64,000 bases of DNA from Antedon mediterranea (GCF_964355755.1 NC_092671.1:39628304-39692303), one strand, 5' to 3'. Shown: positions 23,301 through 37,022, counted from the first letter of the stretch. Program-made: numbers and translations. The notes: generated from the letters alone by a model not told the origin.

Positions 23301-25359
23301 TCAAAACAATTAGATATATTTATACATTGTTACCATGCAATATTTCTTGAAATCCTGGTTTAATATTAATAAATAATTATTATATAAAAGTTATTATTAC
23401 CATTAAAAAGGGCTGTCTGATTTCCTAAATATATTATCAACAATGTCTAACGCTCCGTCGACACTATAAAACTATGCGACAAAAAAATGTGATGTGCCCA
23501 TATATGGACATGATGATGAGGTTTACGAAATACTGTGATGAAAATTTCGGATCATCTTCGCTGCCACATTGGTAGAAGTGGTAGACTGATACTCGATACT
23601 CAAATTCGTTTCTCCCAGCTGGGATTAAAAAATTTAACGACGACTTTAAGAGGTAACTATCATAATAACAATAATAATAATATAATATATAATTAATAAT
23701 GAAATATAAGACACTTTTTAAACCGTTTTGTAATGATCTGTATTTTTAACTTAAATATTTATGAACTGTAATTTTACGATGTACTATCTTAATCATTGTG
23801 TATTTTTATATTGTTATTCTACATTTTATACTTTATTTTTATATGATATTTTTATACGATATTTTTATGTGATAAGTGAGAAAATGCAATTTCCAGTTTA
23901 TTTGGACAATAAAAGTTATCTGTATCTGTATTTTTATGATGATGTCCTATATCACTACCATATTTGGGCACATCACACCTTTTTTTGTCAACAAACTAGT
24001 TTGATAGTGTAGACAGAGCTTTAGAAATGAACACTTACTCTGTACATGGATGTATTGCCTTGGCTGCTTAAATGTGCCATCATACACTTGTTCATAGTTT
24101 TCTTTATTGATGAATTTACAATCTGGAGTTGGAATGACTAGGTGGTTTGCGGAACCATACACCTGTTGTGCTGAGATAGCTCTTTGTAAATGATGTTCCT
24201 GGTAAGACAAATAAAGAAGATTGGAAAACAATAGTATTAGTTAAGAAGAGAATTAATCATGCCAACCTAGAGTATGAAGGTTGCAGAGGCCATATTTATG
24301 AAAAGTACTCTATTTTGTGGTAGGCCGAGAGTAGCCTACTTTAGTGTCGTACACAACATTGTCATTTATATGGGTTTTTCCCAGTTTAGTTCAAACATGC
24401 TCAGAAAATATATAATTTGTAATAAAATTAAAACAAAGACAAAAAAGCATAAAAAATGTAAATAAATTGCATCAATCAAGAAAATAACTATTTTTATTTT
24501 ACACAACAATATGCAATTTTTTTATTAATATCATAAATTAAAATCTTTCATAAAAAAATCCACATGTACTTTACAATCATATCATAGAGAAATTAGATTA
24601 TTAATATTATTTTTTATATTTTAACAAATGTTATTTTCTGGTATAATGTACAAATTAAAACAAATACTCCACATGTGTTGTAAACATTTATTTTGTGTAC
24701 TTCCGCATTGCGCCCTCTAGAGGCAGTAGTAAACAACATTATTATGGGATGTACAATTCAAATCAAATAATTATCATCAAAATATTCATGGAAATTCAAT
24801 GTATCGGTATACATACATTCACTAAAAATATATATAATAAAACAAATAAAAACTCAATGATAATTTAGTGCACCAATTAATTCGAAATGACTATAATTGA
24901 CCCGCGAATTCGGTGGTTTCCAATTCTTCTTCGAGCGCCATTTCAAATCACGTGACCCGCCCTTAATTTTACTGTTTGTGCAAGTTTACCTATTGTTTCA
25001 TACTGGAAAATAATTAATTTAGGTTTCAGTTTCAATCACAACATATTTTGAAAAGGAGTCTTGCATTAGAAACCGATCATATTGTCTAAAATGATAAATC
25101 AGTTTGTACTCCCGCCAAAAACAGCTGTCCATCAAAACAAAATGGCCGCCCAATATTATTACGTATGCATAAATTATCCAGGTATTTTAGGTAAAAATCA
25201 ACTTACCGATTCTTCCTCCTTTTCCATCCCAGATGGCATTTGGGGAACTGCTCGATTAATTGCCGAAAAATCGGGTAAATCTGGTAGCTCCTCAGATTTG
25301 TATATAGGCATGGGTTTTGAGGCGTCCAGGGCACGAGCCCTGAACGATAGTTTGCTCAT
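17322..25359 (-). CDS. EPC1: Enhancer of polycomb homolog (NuA4/TIP60 subunit), 13 coding exons, ~817 aa
   Basis: Starts MSKLSFRARALDASKPMPIY; contains EHHLQRAISAQQ, PYVAFRRRTEKMQTRKNRKND and GFARRRIGRGGR; ends TEVT*. Exons: 25359-25207, 24198-24039, 23260-23115, 22677-22582, 22153-21978, 21741-21661, 21516-21393, 21057-20827, 20145-19991, 19756-19511, 19153-18696, 18417-18063, 17394-17322. All GT-AG with consistent phases. Probably a single invertebrate ortholog of EPC1/EPC2. Confidence 0.95.
17433..17608. mobile_element. Truncated copy of the CAGGCCTT-ended element (see 36264-36464)
   Basis: GTGTGCTACAAATTGCACTCCTCAA... matches the 36264 element from ~36290 onward; ends AAGGCCTG, abutting a MITE A fragment. 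Confidence 0.75.
17609..17702. mobile_element. Harbinger-like MITE family A, right half only
   Basis: Internal sequence plus right TIR GTTTGATAGTGTAGACAAGGCT. Confidence 0.75.
17873..18018. mobile_element. Harbinger-like MITE family A
   Basis: Both TIRs; two copies of the internal 21-bp unit. Confidence 0.85.
20333..20500 (+). mobile_element. tRNA-derived SINE-like fragment
   Basis: Pol III A box TGGCTTGGTGG and B box GGTTCAAGTCC at tRNA-like spacing; no clean cloverleaf; intronic. Confidence 0.55.
22209..22430 (-). mobile_element. SINE-like fragment
   Basis: GC-richer intronic block with a minus-strand B-box-like GAGTTCGAGGC and a body resembling invertebrate SINE cores. Recognised by eye only. 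Confidence 0.4.
23451..24020. mobile_element. Harbinger-like MITE family A interrupted by a LINE 3' fragment
   Basis: Left half 23451-23518 and right half 23936-24020 join into a normal copy once the insert is removed. Confidence 0.85.
23519..23935 (+). mobile_element. 5'-truncated non-LTR retrotransposon 3' end (Rex1/Babar- or L2-like)
   Basis: Flanked by direct repeat ATGATGATG (23510-23518 and 23936-23944); encodes ...TRYSNSFLPAGIKKFNDDFKR*; followed by an AT-rich 3' UTR, AATAAA and a (TATCTG)n-type tail. Confidence 0.7.
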
Positions 25360-26779
25360 GATGGATCCAATGAGCACGCGCTACTCTCTCGTGACCCCGT
25401 AAGATTCAGACGGGAATGTCTTTAATTCCCGTCTTTAACCGAATTTCCTTCGGCAAATGGTAGCGAAATTTGAGAAATAATGTTATTTACTTCATGATTG
25501 TACTACAAGTGTTCTATCACTATTAGTAAAATCCTTGAAAAACGATTTTGAAAATGTTCGATCCCTTCATTTCGACCAAAAAATATGGCGGACACAATTC
25601 TCCACAATACCACGATCCTTTGCGGCAGTAACCTCCCAGTTGCGCGCGCAGCTCTTTTATTGCCTTTATAAAAACGATGAATAGAGATCGAATGCATGAA
25701 TACCAACCACAAAATTTGAGCGGGTGCTGAACTTTTATTGAATTTTTAAGTATCGAACACATTGTAATGAAACAATCATTAATCCCTGCATTAATGTGTT
25801 GTTTTAGAAATATTTTGCTATTATAAATTATTTTGTATTATTTATGATTAGCCTGATGGTGTTGTTTTGATTATTATACCTCTTTGTTTTTTATTTTATT
25901 GTCCACTCATCAGTAAAGTTAGACGGAACATTAAAAACGTACGTAATTAGTTCCAAATAATAAATCATTCATAAATATTAAATATAAATTTTTTTTATAC
26001 AATATTATTATTATTAGTATTATTATTATTTAGGGCAAGGCAGCAGTTTAGTTTAAAACTTTTATAATTTTTTTATATTTTCAGGAAGTTTAGTCTACTA
26101 AATAAAACTTATTTTTGGCCTAAAAAAGAGAACACTGAATAATGAATATACCACGCCCACCTCCCACGTGACCCTCAAAATAAAATTTGTCATTAGGGCT
26201 TTAATATAACGATATAGACCTATTGTACATGTGTGTTGATGGGAGCATGTACACAAAATTACTTTTTTCAATTTTTTTTTTCACTTTCAACTTGGTTTTG
26301 ATCAAAATTACTTCATGGAGATTTTATCCTGCAACTGTCGCTCTTCCTTGAAAAGTTGGTACTTACTACATTTTTTCCAAACTCAAAATTGAAAGGACAT
26401 GAAATCTGACTGAAAGAACTTATTTTTTATTATTTAAATCATTAATAAATATTACTTCTCTTTACAACTTTATCTAACATTGTCATAAACTGCGAACTGT
26501 GCAATTACCTTTATGTAAATTTTAAGAAAATGCATTTTATAAAAAATTGAATCATCGCATTGAGTGAAGGCAACACCTTCTTGATCAAGGCTATAATAAA
26601 AATAGGCGGAGGACTAGGTAAAGTAAACAAATGCAGTGGGACCAAGAAAAAAACATTCTTGTGGATGCTAGCCATCAGTAGCTAGTACGGTCCGAGCTAC
26701 GGCACTTATTCTAGCAACTTTTTAGTTCGCTAGAATCTTACTTTACAGAAGGGCGACTGGTTTTGTATCCAGTAAATGT

Positions 26780-27018
26780 TGACAGCCTTCCAAACCCCAT
26801 GATTTAGATATACTGTAATGATAGCCTTCCGAACCCCAGGATTTATATACTGTTATGATAGCCTTCCAAACCCAAGATTTAGATATACTGTAATGATAGT
26901 CTTCCAAACCCCAGGATTTAGATATACTGCAATGATAGGCCTTCCAAACCCCAGGATTTAGATATTAGATATACTGCAATGATAGCCTTCCAAACCCCAG
27001 GATTTAGATACTGCAATG
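26780..27018. repeat. Minisatellite, ~39-bp unit (GATAGCCTTCCAAACCCCAGGATTTAGATATACTGCAAT), ~6 copies
   Basis: Tandem copies visible directly. Confidence 0.85.
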
Positions 27019-27992
27019 CTATTCATACAGCAACATCAATTAAAATGTAAAGTAAAGTTTCTTCTTAGGCACATCCCTTTTTTTCTAAAAAAGGTTCTGC
27101 CTCCATTAAAAATAATAAATTGTCTTTATACATCTATATCAAATATATTTATATTTTACTTAAATTACATTGTTTTTTTAACATTAGTATTAAATAAAGT
27201 ATATAACCCAAAATTAACTTAGATTTTCAACATAATTTTTGTTTTTTATCACAAAGAATTTTCATATAACCACGATTATAATATACTTGTATAAGGACTT
27301 ATCGTGGATTCATATTCCTGAATACATTATGCCTAACAGATTAAAATGTTTTTAATTAAATACAATTTCAGTTAAAATATTATACACAACACATTCTCTT
27401 AATATCAACCACCACTGTGGAACAACCTGGCAACCTTATCAAAGAATCATTGTTTAAAAAAAATTATTTTTTTTTTGTATTTATATCACAATTCACTGTA
27501 TAAATAATTTCTCAAGAAAAATATTAACAAACTGGATTTCCAACATAATTAAAATATTCTATACTAAAATTATGGATGTGTCACCATTATTAGAAATATG
27601 TACAGGTAAAACATATATAGATTTTACACCCATTGTTACTATAGTAAATTTCTTGAATCCTGAACAAAACTAAAAATATAAAATCAATTAAATCCGCCAA
27701 TATACATAAATAATAAGATTTATCTACAGAGCAAAATATATAACACAATATATATATATATATATATAACTTTTAACAAATAACTATTTCTTTTCATAAT
27801 AAAGTGCTTTGAAAAGTGTCAATTTAAATTTAATCAGTTAATAAAACAGTTCCCTCCACCCCAATCATTAATTTTTAACATGAAAGTGTAAATTCAGGAA
27901 TAAACGCTTCAACTTTAGTAAAAGAGTTAAAAAATAGATAAAAATCTAATAACAATAATTGTCATTGTTAGAAACAATAATAAACTAGAGTA

Positions 27993-28120
27993 AAAGGTAA
28001 AGGTGAGTCCCATGTACATTCTGAATGTAAAGGAACGAGCCGTGTGGAGCATTGTCTAGTTCCTTTCTACGACTAGTATTTTTCAACCAGGTACTCATTT
28101 ACAGCTGAGTGGACTCTGAG
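27993..28120 (-). mobile_element. SINE-like fragment (Nin/CORE-type core)
   Basis: CCAGGTACTCATTTACAGCTGAGTGGAC motif plus an (AAGGTA)n tail-like end; resembles 63776-63960. Confidence 0.45.
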
Positions 28121-28303
28121 TTGTTCTTATCAGGAACTATATAATATAGTAAATTATATAATTTGTATAATAAAAATGCTGAAAAATAATGTGTTAATGA
28201 TAAAGCCAAGAAAATTTGGTAAAAAAATATTTAAGTGGTAAAAACTTGGTGATGTGCATCAAACCAAACAAGTTAAAGAAACGTTTATTTATCACTAAAT
28301 GTT

Positions 28304-31300
28304 TCATCTTGCTTTTCTCTTTCGATTTCTATTCCGTGTTTTCGTTCCCAGCTTTGAACGCTCTTCTTTTTCCTGAAAAAAGTTAAATTGTAAAATGTAT
28401 GGTATTAGAAAAACAAGTCAGTCAAAATTGGAAAGCCGGAGACCTATAAATAAGGTAAAGTTTACACCAATTAAAATTCTAATAGTTAGTAGTTAGTTTG
28501 AGTTTAAAGAAATAATTATGATTTATACAGTACAGTACCTGTTTAGTACAAACTAAAATATTCCTATTCTTTCAAAAGCAGTAGATTTAGCACTGACTGA
28601 CTTAATATTCACAATGTTAATTAAGTCTGTAACCTTTTACAAAACTTGTTCTATTTTTTAAAGTTCAAACTAAGATGAGACGTTACCAACGGCAATTTCA
28701 GTTTCATTTTACAATCTACAATTCATTCATCCCATTAGTATGGAAAACATTTTTTGGTTAAATGTTATCTGGAAACGCTAAATGTTTGCATACATCATTT
28801 AATCTTTATTTTATGATAAAGTAAAAAATAAAATAAATGGTTGACTTATTATGTAAATATGAATAAAGCATAATTAAAACTTGACCTATTTAATGTACTG
28901 GTTTCATATTCAATGTCTTTGTAAAGAACAGGAAGGATTTAATTTGTAAATGTATTTCTAAAGAAAAAAAAACCACAGTACTAGCTCTAGTCAATAAAGA
29001 ACCAAAATCATTGCTAAGAATTTTCTTGTACTGCAATGACGCTCTGAACGCTTACTGAAACTTGATTGTTACACATTGTCTACAAGGCACAATTATCCTG
29101 CTAAATACCAAATGGAATTGGGAACCAGCATATCACAAGAAGAAATGTTGAAAAAGATATTCTATTTGTTGATGCAAAATTCTTCAGGCATGCATTCAAA
29201 CTTTTTACCCTTAGTTTGGAATTAAAAGAAAAGTATATAGAGTAAGATTGATTAATGGAGATAGATATTAATACATGCGCTGTCAGTGCTGTAAATATGC
29301 TTCATATAGTACATTAAATTGTTAAATAGCAGAAAGTATAGCATTCATATAGTGTAATTGATATTGCATAGATAATTAGCTTAGAAGATTGTTCTAAATT
29401 TTGCAGTAGAAATAATATGATGTTTGAGGACGACGTCTCCAACGAATGGAAAGATGTGGTGAAGAATGAAGTGAAAGATGGAAACAATTGGAGTGATGGT
29501 ATAGCAGTGTGCAATGTTGATTAACAGTATACATCCTTTTACGTCAGATTATGGCAAACAACTGAAATCTGGAAAGTTGCTTAATAGTAGTATCAATTAT
29601 AATCAATTAACAATTAGGTAAATAGTGAAATAAGCCAGTGATTATAAAGTGCAACATACTTCAAGATGCAGAGGTACCAAGTTCTCTTTTGCATGTTTCC
29701 CAAGATTTGCATTGCTTATAGATCCTAGGTGATGCCACAATTTTTTGGAAATAAATGTTGTTCAAGATATGATGATATGATCCACTGTGCCATGCATTTG
29801 CCCGAAATGTGATATATAGTGCCATCTAATTATTACAACACGCGCTATTGTGTGGTTATACTTTCTTAAAGTGTCTCACAAAATTGTATTTCCAATTTGG
29901 AAACTCTCAAGATGTGCATTATTGATATAAAATATTGTGCTAAAAGAATATAAAATAAACTGAAATTAATAAAAAATAATAAGTTGCCATAAATAAAAAG
30001 TCATCAAATGCCAGCCAGAACCAACCAAAATGCTCATGTATACGACGAGGCTAAATACTAACTTGACTCCCTGTCTGGGCTGGCTATCAATACTGTAAGG
30101 GCGCCCTCACCTGTTCCATCTTCTTATCCAATTCTGTCATTGCTTCTTGTATCGCAATCTCAAGGCTACTTGTTATTTTTCGACTTCTGTTTTTGGGGGA
30201 AAAAATAAAAGCATAGAAAGTTCATTCAATTGTTTGATTGACAACTTCCTGTGGAGGTCTGTGAGTTAGCAGTCAGGATTTCAATTACTTTCAACTATAA
30301 ACTTATTCAACAGAGCAAAACTATGCATCAATTTAACTTCTAAGGAAATCTTATTCAGATCCTGGGTTAATTGTTAAACCAACGATTCTTTTTTTATTTT
30401 AGAATTAAACTTCAACATATACACTTTTTGGAAGCACTATCATAGTACAAGCCTTTTTACCTTAAAACTGGAATATTCCACTTATAAATTATGATTGCTA
30501 TATTACAGAGATTTAAACATTATGGCTACACTCACCGTCTACTCCTTGCTCTAGTCGTATGGTGGGCCTCCAGACCTTCAGTCAAATTCTTCAGTTTGTC
30601 GGGTTCTACTTGTGTAAACGTGTGATCTCCAAACCACTTTACCCAAATCTAAAATAAGCAACAAAGTGTCGATAACCCAATTGGGAAAAAAAAGTAAATA
30701 AAAAGACATACAAAGAACAACTGTTCGCAATGGTGAAATTCTCAAAGATTTTCATAGGAAGATACTTTACAGTAATACAGACGTCCGTCGCTAATGACAA
30801 TATCAAATAGATATTTATCACGGAGGCCTTTTCCTCAACATCTTAATGTTTATTTGTTGATGGTCGTATTTTATCCACTACTATACACTACAAATACTTT
30901 CTGTAAATGTAAATTCTTCAAGAAAGTGTATCTTGTGATATTAAAAAATCATACCTTGCCAGATTCTGAATTTCGATGACCTTTAACATCACTTTCACTG
31001 ACAACCTTTCCTGGCCATGAGGCGCATCCTCTTATTTGACCCCATACAAGATCACCAATCCCAAAACTTGGTGGCAACTCTTCCTCTGGTGATGGTGGTG
31101 AAGAATCATGTGTACAGTTGGTATTTTCTTGAAAATAATATGTAAAATAAACATATAATATAAAATCCAATTTTTTTCAGATTATATTTCATTTCCACAG
31201 GTGCATAAGCATAAATATTAATATCCTATACATTTTAGCCAGAAACTTTTTTCAGCAATAATACTACAGAGGTCCCAGTAAACAATAATTAAAAATTATA

Positions 31301-34300
31301 TAGAGGGCGCTATATAAGCTAATATTAAGTTATACCAAAAATATCGAGCATACATCACCTGGGATACTAGAATAATTAGAAAGTGTAAAATGAGAAAATC
31401 TAAGAGTGTCACAACTAAGTTTCTAAAGAAAGTGTAATGTGTACCTTTACAGGCTTCTTCATTGTCTTCTGGTTTCTCAACATTATGTTGATCAATATCA
31501 TGATATTCACCATCTATTGCACTCTTTATCACATCTTTTTGTTTCTCTTTTCTTGTTAATAGTCTGCCGTCATGTTCTCCATTGACAAGATTCAACAAAG
31601 TGAATTCTTTATCGGAGTTCTCCAGTCGTTCTGACAAGAAAACTGCTTTTATGTGCTCTACTTTGCTAATAGTTTCAAGTCCAGCAGATTTAACATTCCT
31701 GTTTTTATCAGTAGGATTAATGTTCAAGTTACATTTATTGCCATCTAATTCAGTAGTAACACTTATCCTGGTATCTTTTTCTTCGTCCAGAACTATTTCT
31801 ACACTTTCTTTTTTTGATATTTCTTTTTCTCCAATTTTGTGTACTACTATATCGGTCGCTGATATATCTTTATTAACTTCCACATTCGAAATTTCCGAAT
31901 TTTGATCAACATTATCGTGACAACACTCATCATTAGTAACAGCAGGGTTTGGAGTTGATGTTTCATCTTGTTTTTCATCCATATTGACTTCTAAAACCAC
32001 TTGTTCAGTAACATTACCGGTGTCTATTAAAGAAGTTGTTTCATTAACTTTAACATCAGTTTCAAACATGGAATTTGGAAGATCAACATGCAACGTTTTC
32101 TCTTGTTTAATTTTTTGGATGGATTGAACATCGGCTTTTCTCTCTTTTTGCAAAGATTGACCGGTTATTGTTTCCAATTCAGACTGGGGTGATTGTAGAC
32201 ATTTAGCGGATTCCACAATATTTGGTTTCTCTTTTGTATTGTTCATTTCATTATTACACTCTGTAATTATTTCTAGGTTACTACTTTCAACATTGGAAGT
32301 ATTCTTTTCTACTTTTAATTCCCCTTTATGCTGGCTTTCTACATTATCTTGCACTAAGTTTCTATTAAGTTGCACAATATCATCAAGGTTTGTATCTACA
32401 TTTTGTCTAATCACAGCAATAGGTGAATCTTCAACTTCCATAGCCTCTGGTTTGTCATCTTTCTTCTCAGTACTAGGCAACTGATTAGTCAAGCCACAAG
32501 TTGCTTTATCATTTACAGTTTTATCATCTTTGCAATTCTGATTGTCATTTGATTGTTCTTCACTTGTTGGTTTTGAATATATTACACTTTGTGTTTCCAA
32601 GTTTGAAGCACCAATAATTTTATCATCACAGTTCGGAAGATCACATGGGTTAATACTTTTATCTGATATTGATGATTCAATTACTTGGTGTGAAGATGTT
32701 TCTTCCACATTAACAACCATGTCAGCGTTTTCTCTATGCATCAACTCAACAGATTCTTGAGATATTTTGTGTATGTGAACGGTTTGAGGCAAATCATTTA
32801 AATTTTCAGTCTTTGTAGCCTCTTCCAGAATTCTACCATCATCAGGTGTTTCAATGCAGACTGTACTTGGTGGAATAATTTCTGTTTCTTTGATGGTTTT
32901 TTCTACATCAGAATTTCCATTTTCAATATTACTAATACCAGAAGATGGGTGTTCAGAAGTGGTTTCCGTTGATGTTTTTTCATCCATATTAACCAGATTA
33001 CTCCGAGATAAAGTTGTGCAAGGTAAAGTAGGATTTGATGATGTAATTCTTTCACTTTCATTGGGACAGATTGGAGTAGTCATATCGGATTCCATATCAC
33101 ATTTATTATGTACCGTTGATTCAATTTTTGGTGAATTACCTGTGTTGCTTATTAACTGAATTTCAGTTGTTGTATTGCTTTCAATAGAATCAGAAGAAAA
33201 ACAGGCGGTGGAATTGGTTGATGTTGATTCAGTTAACACAGATGCTGGCATTGAGAACTCACAGCTGCTAGTTCCAGAAGGAATCCTTTCTTGGTCATCT
33301 TCATCAGATTTATACAAACCGAGATGAGAATTATTACCATCATCACTTACTATTGCATCACTAACATTATCTTTGGGTAGCAGTGTAACCTCTGACAGAC
33401 GATCACCTTTGTCAATATCACAATCAATTGAATCATTAATTGCATTGCAGTCTACAGTTTGTTCATTTCTGATTTCTGTAGCTGTTTCCTTATTATTAGG
33501 GGGAATAATTATTTTCTCATCAGCTATACTATGACTACAAAGTGGTTCAGAAGAAAGTGGTTCAGAAGAAAGGGGTAGGGTAATGGTGCTTTCACATACA
33601 GTTCTTTGGTTCTTCTCTTCTTCAACTAAAACCTGAGCCTTATTTTCAACAATAGTACTTTTAAAATTGTCATCACCAGCAATAACCACATCCTCATCTA
33701 GTAAATGACTGCTTGGAACTTCATTGGACGGTAAACTTGAGAGCTCTGACACGGCTCCTGTTTCTATTGATGATGTTGGTATTGTTATTGCTAGGTCTTC
33801 ACTTTGGTCTGTTAAACTTGAAGGTTGAACATCAAAACTTTCAATTTTGCAATTATCACTTTTAAGGTTTTCTGACGGAACCAAATTATCATTGTTATTT
33901 GAAATGGTTGAGACCTCAACTGGCAAACTAGATGTTGATTCTGTCTTTTCTTGTTCAGATGCAATTATGATTTTCATGTTAGTACCCGAGGCATCAATCA
34001 CAGCTTTATAAATAGTTTCAGTTGCTGTTGTAACACTTTTCTCCGCTTCTTTCAATAACTTCCGTTCTCTTTCAATTTCTTTTTCTTTCTCTTTTCTCAT
34101 AGCAAGAATATCTTTTACTTTCTGTGGACCTGTGCGGTTAACACCCTTAACACTTTTCTTAATACTACTAGACTGCCTGCCAGGAGATTTTCTTCTATTT
34201 GGACGAGACATATTGCTACCAATAGGAGTGGTTTGTAGATCAACAGACAACATGGGATTGGGTATATGTTGAAATCCCACTCCGGGAGGTCCAATCTGCG

Positions 34301-37022
34301 ATGGCCCGCTACCTTGTTGGAGCATGTTTTGTAGCATTGATGGATGCATATGAGGTCCAATACTGTGATTTCCTCCTGGAAGCATATGTGGTCCAAAACC
34401 CATTCTTTGTTGATGTTGAAAGTTGACAAAACTCTGTTGCATGTTCTTCATATTCATCTCTGCCAACCACTCTTTAGTTGATTTTTCTGATAAACTTGGT
34501 AAAGATGCGTTTCTATGAAGCACTATATTTGAAGGCATTTGGTGCTGTGGAGGTATAGTTCCTGGGGGAAAGTTGCTAAAGTTGTTGTACATTCCACCAA
34601 CAACAGGATTGAATCCGGCTGGAACCGGATTAACCATGGAAGATTGGTTTTTCATCATTGAAAGATACATCTCTTGATCACGCTGTACTTGAACCTGATG
34701 AATCATGTGATCGTACTGAACTGTCTTGGTTTCATTTGCCATATTTGTTTTAGAGGCACCTCCAACTGTTACTGTTGTAGTGTTACTGACGTCGTGTACA
34801 GTAGATGTAATTTTAATTTCATGATTTAGGGTCACAGGTGAAGTATTTGAATTTAAATTTGATTCGTTTGACACGCCACTTTCATCTAATTTAGGTTTTT
34901 TTGGAGAAGATTCACTTGATGTGTTTACTTGAACAGAGTCAGTATTTTGGGTTCTTTTAAGAACCAAATGTTCCTTACTATTTGTGCTATCCTCTCCAGA
35001 TTGTAAATTCTTGGCAACATTAGTAAGGCAGTCATTTGACGTAGGTCTTGTTAAATCACAACAGTCACTAACATCCTCTTTGCAAATTTGCATTTTTGTC
35101 TTATGTCCATCTTTAAGTAAAGGCACTGAATTTGGCTGATTTGGAACAGTTCTTATCTGATTGCTTAAGATTTTGTCGGTTGGAATAGTAGTTACTTGTT
35201 CAGCTATTTGAGCTCTCGCAGCTGCTGTTAATAAGGTGCTGGCAGGAAAAGAAGTTATCATTGATTGTTCAAGAACAGGTAAAGCCAGTTTCTTTGTGTT
35301 AGTGTCAGCGGACAAATTCTGAATAGGAACTTGCGGCGGATAGAATTGACCTTCAGCTTGAGTAAACGTCATTCCTCTTCTTAAATGATTAGGGTGGTTT
35401 TCATGAATTGTTCTGTGTCTAACATGAGACTCTCCTGCTTGTATAAATGATGGTACATGTCCAGGCATTTGGTGCACTTGTTTTCCATGCAAAAACTGAG
35501 GATTAGTTTTATAATGTATATTAGGAAAACACGATCCAGGCGAAATGTTTGGTGGTAACATATTACTTGGGAGTGGAACAACACCGGGAAAGATGCCACC
35601 ATTTGGGCCAACAACCAATTCATGATGAACGCCCGGTGTTGGAATATGCTGAGGAATTCCTTGCATGGATAGCGGCGAGTCTCCTGTATTATAGCCATTC
35701 AGTTTTTCCATAGTCCTTGCAGCTAATAATGCATCAAATGCTATATCTCCAGCTAACTGATTAGGTGTTTGTATAGGAAAATTCTGTATTCCAGGGTTAT
35801 TCATTTCATGGAATTGTGTTGTCATCAAGTTTGGTGTATTGTAATGTCTGCTTGCAGTAAATGAGTCCATAGATGGTAAAGGACCGGACATATTGTCACC
35901 TTGTTGCATTGCAAACAATTTTGAAACTGATAAACTTGGTGATGGTTGACAGGGTGAAACTTTTGCTTTCGTACGTGAACGTTTGGTACCTGAAAGAAAA
36001 ATATAAATTACTATTGCTTTATATTTTAATATACATTAGTGTACCTATCATTACATTGAAACTTGAGGAAATTATTTTCACATTCACAATGCTCTCTTTT
36101 GACAAACTGAGAAAGTGCAATATTTAAATTCCTTTTTGACAAATGAACTGTCAAAATGAGTTATCATACCGTACTATTCCTGTCTGTTACAATTGGAAAT
36201 TAATGTTTACTCTTTAGTAGTTAACTATAAACGCAACTAGTAGTATTACTATTAGTAATTCAGCAGGCCTTGTCTTTTTAAAATTGTAGGTGTGCTACAA
36301 ATTGCACTCCTCAATACATTCAGGGATGCTGTAGGTGTGCCATTGTATTTTGGTGTGTAGAAGTTTACCAAATTTAAGTGTATTGTAAATCCCACTTCTC
36401 AAGGGCAGTTTAGGAGTGTGTTAGGTGAGTGATCGCACTCGCTCACCTCAGAAGAAAAGGCCTGATTCAGGTGTACTTACCTTTTGGACTTGCCTTACAA
36501 TCTATTTTGCTGCTGTCATGCTCATTATCCAGATCAGCCAGAAGTGACGCCATGGCGATAACTTTCCGTTTGTGATTGCATAATTTAGTTAAATCACTGT
36601 CTCTAATTACATCCTCTGCCAATCTCACTTTAGCCGTAACTTTGCAATCGAAGTTGAAAACCTTATCAACTATCAGAGGACATTGTAGGCCGCATTTACA
36701 CGTTCCCTCGGTTGCTAAGTATGCTTTGATCTCTGGGATGCTTGTCAGCTTAAATCCGCTGGAGCTAGAGAAAGTAAAAAAATATACTGTAGGTTACAGA
36801 AAAAGAAACAGAATACTATAGCTGTGTTGACCTAAAAAAGGTACTGTAATAGACATAATTTGTACTGTGTGCTAAACTATAGTAAATGTAGGTTACGATT
36901 ACTTACCTAAAATAGGTAACCACACCATTCTGGAGCTCCCTTCTCCAACCTATAGGCACAATACATGTCATTCCCACATTGTCCTCTTCTATGGTTCCTC
37001 CAGGCTGCACACCTGCAGCCAT
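28304..37022 (-). CDS. MBD5: Methyl-CpG-binding domain protein 5/6-like (MBD + PWWP), 7 coding exons, ~1791 aa
   Basis: MBD5-type MBD (VPIGWRRE...YLATEGTCKCGLQCPLIVDKVFNFD), motif FPASTLLTAAARAQ and C-terminal PWWP (FGIGDLVWGQIRGCASWPGKVV...WFGDH). Exons: 37022-36907, 36764-36481, 35989-31445, 31127-30955, 30648-30536, 30186-30111, 28372-28304; phases consistent. Confidence 0.92.
36264..36464. mobile_element. Non-autonomous DNA transposon, hAT-like termini, 6-bp TSD
   Basis: Ends CAGGCCTT...AAGGCCTG, flanked by ATTCAG on both sides (36258-36263, 36465-36470); second copy at 17433-17608. Confidence 0.7.

Noticed and set aside
25082-25762. Short ORFs around EPC exon 1
   Set aside because: Antisense to EPC exon 1 or within its CpG-richer promoter; no recognisable protein features.
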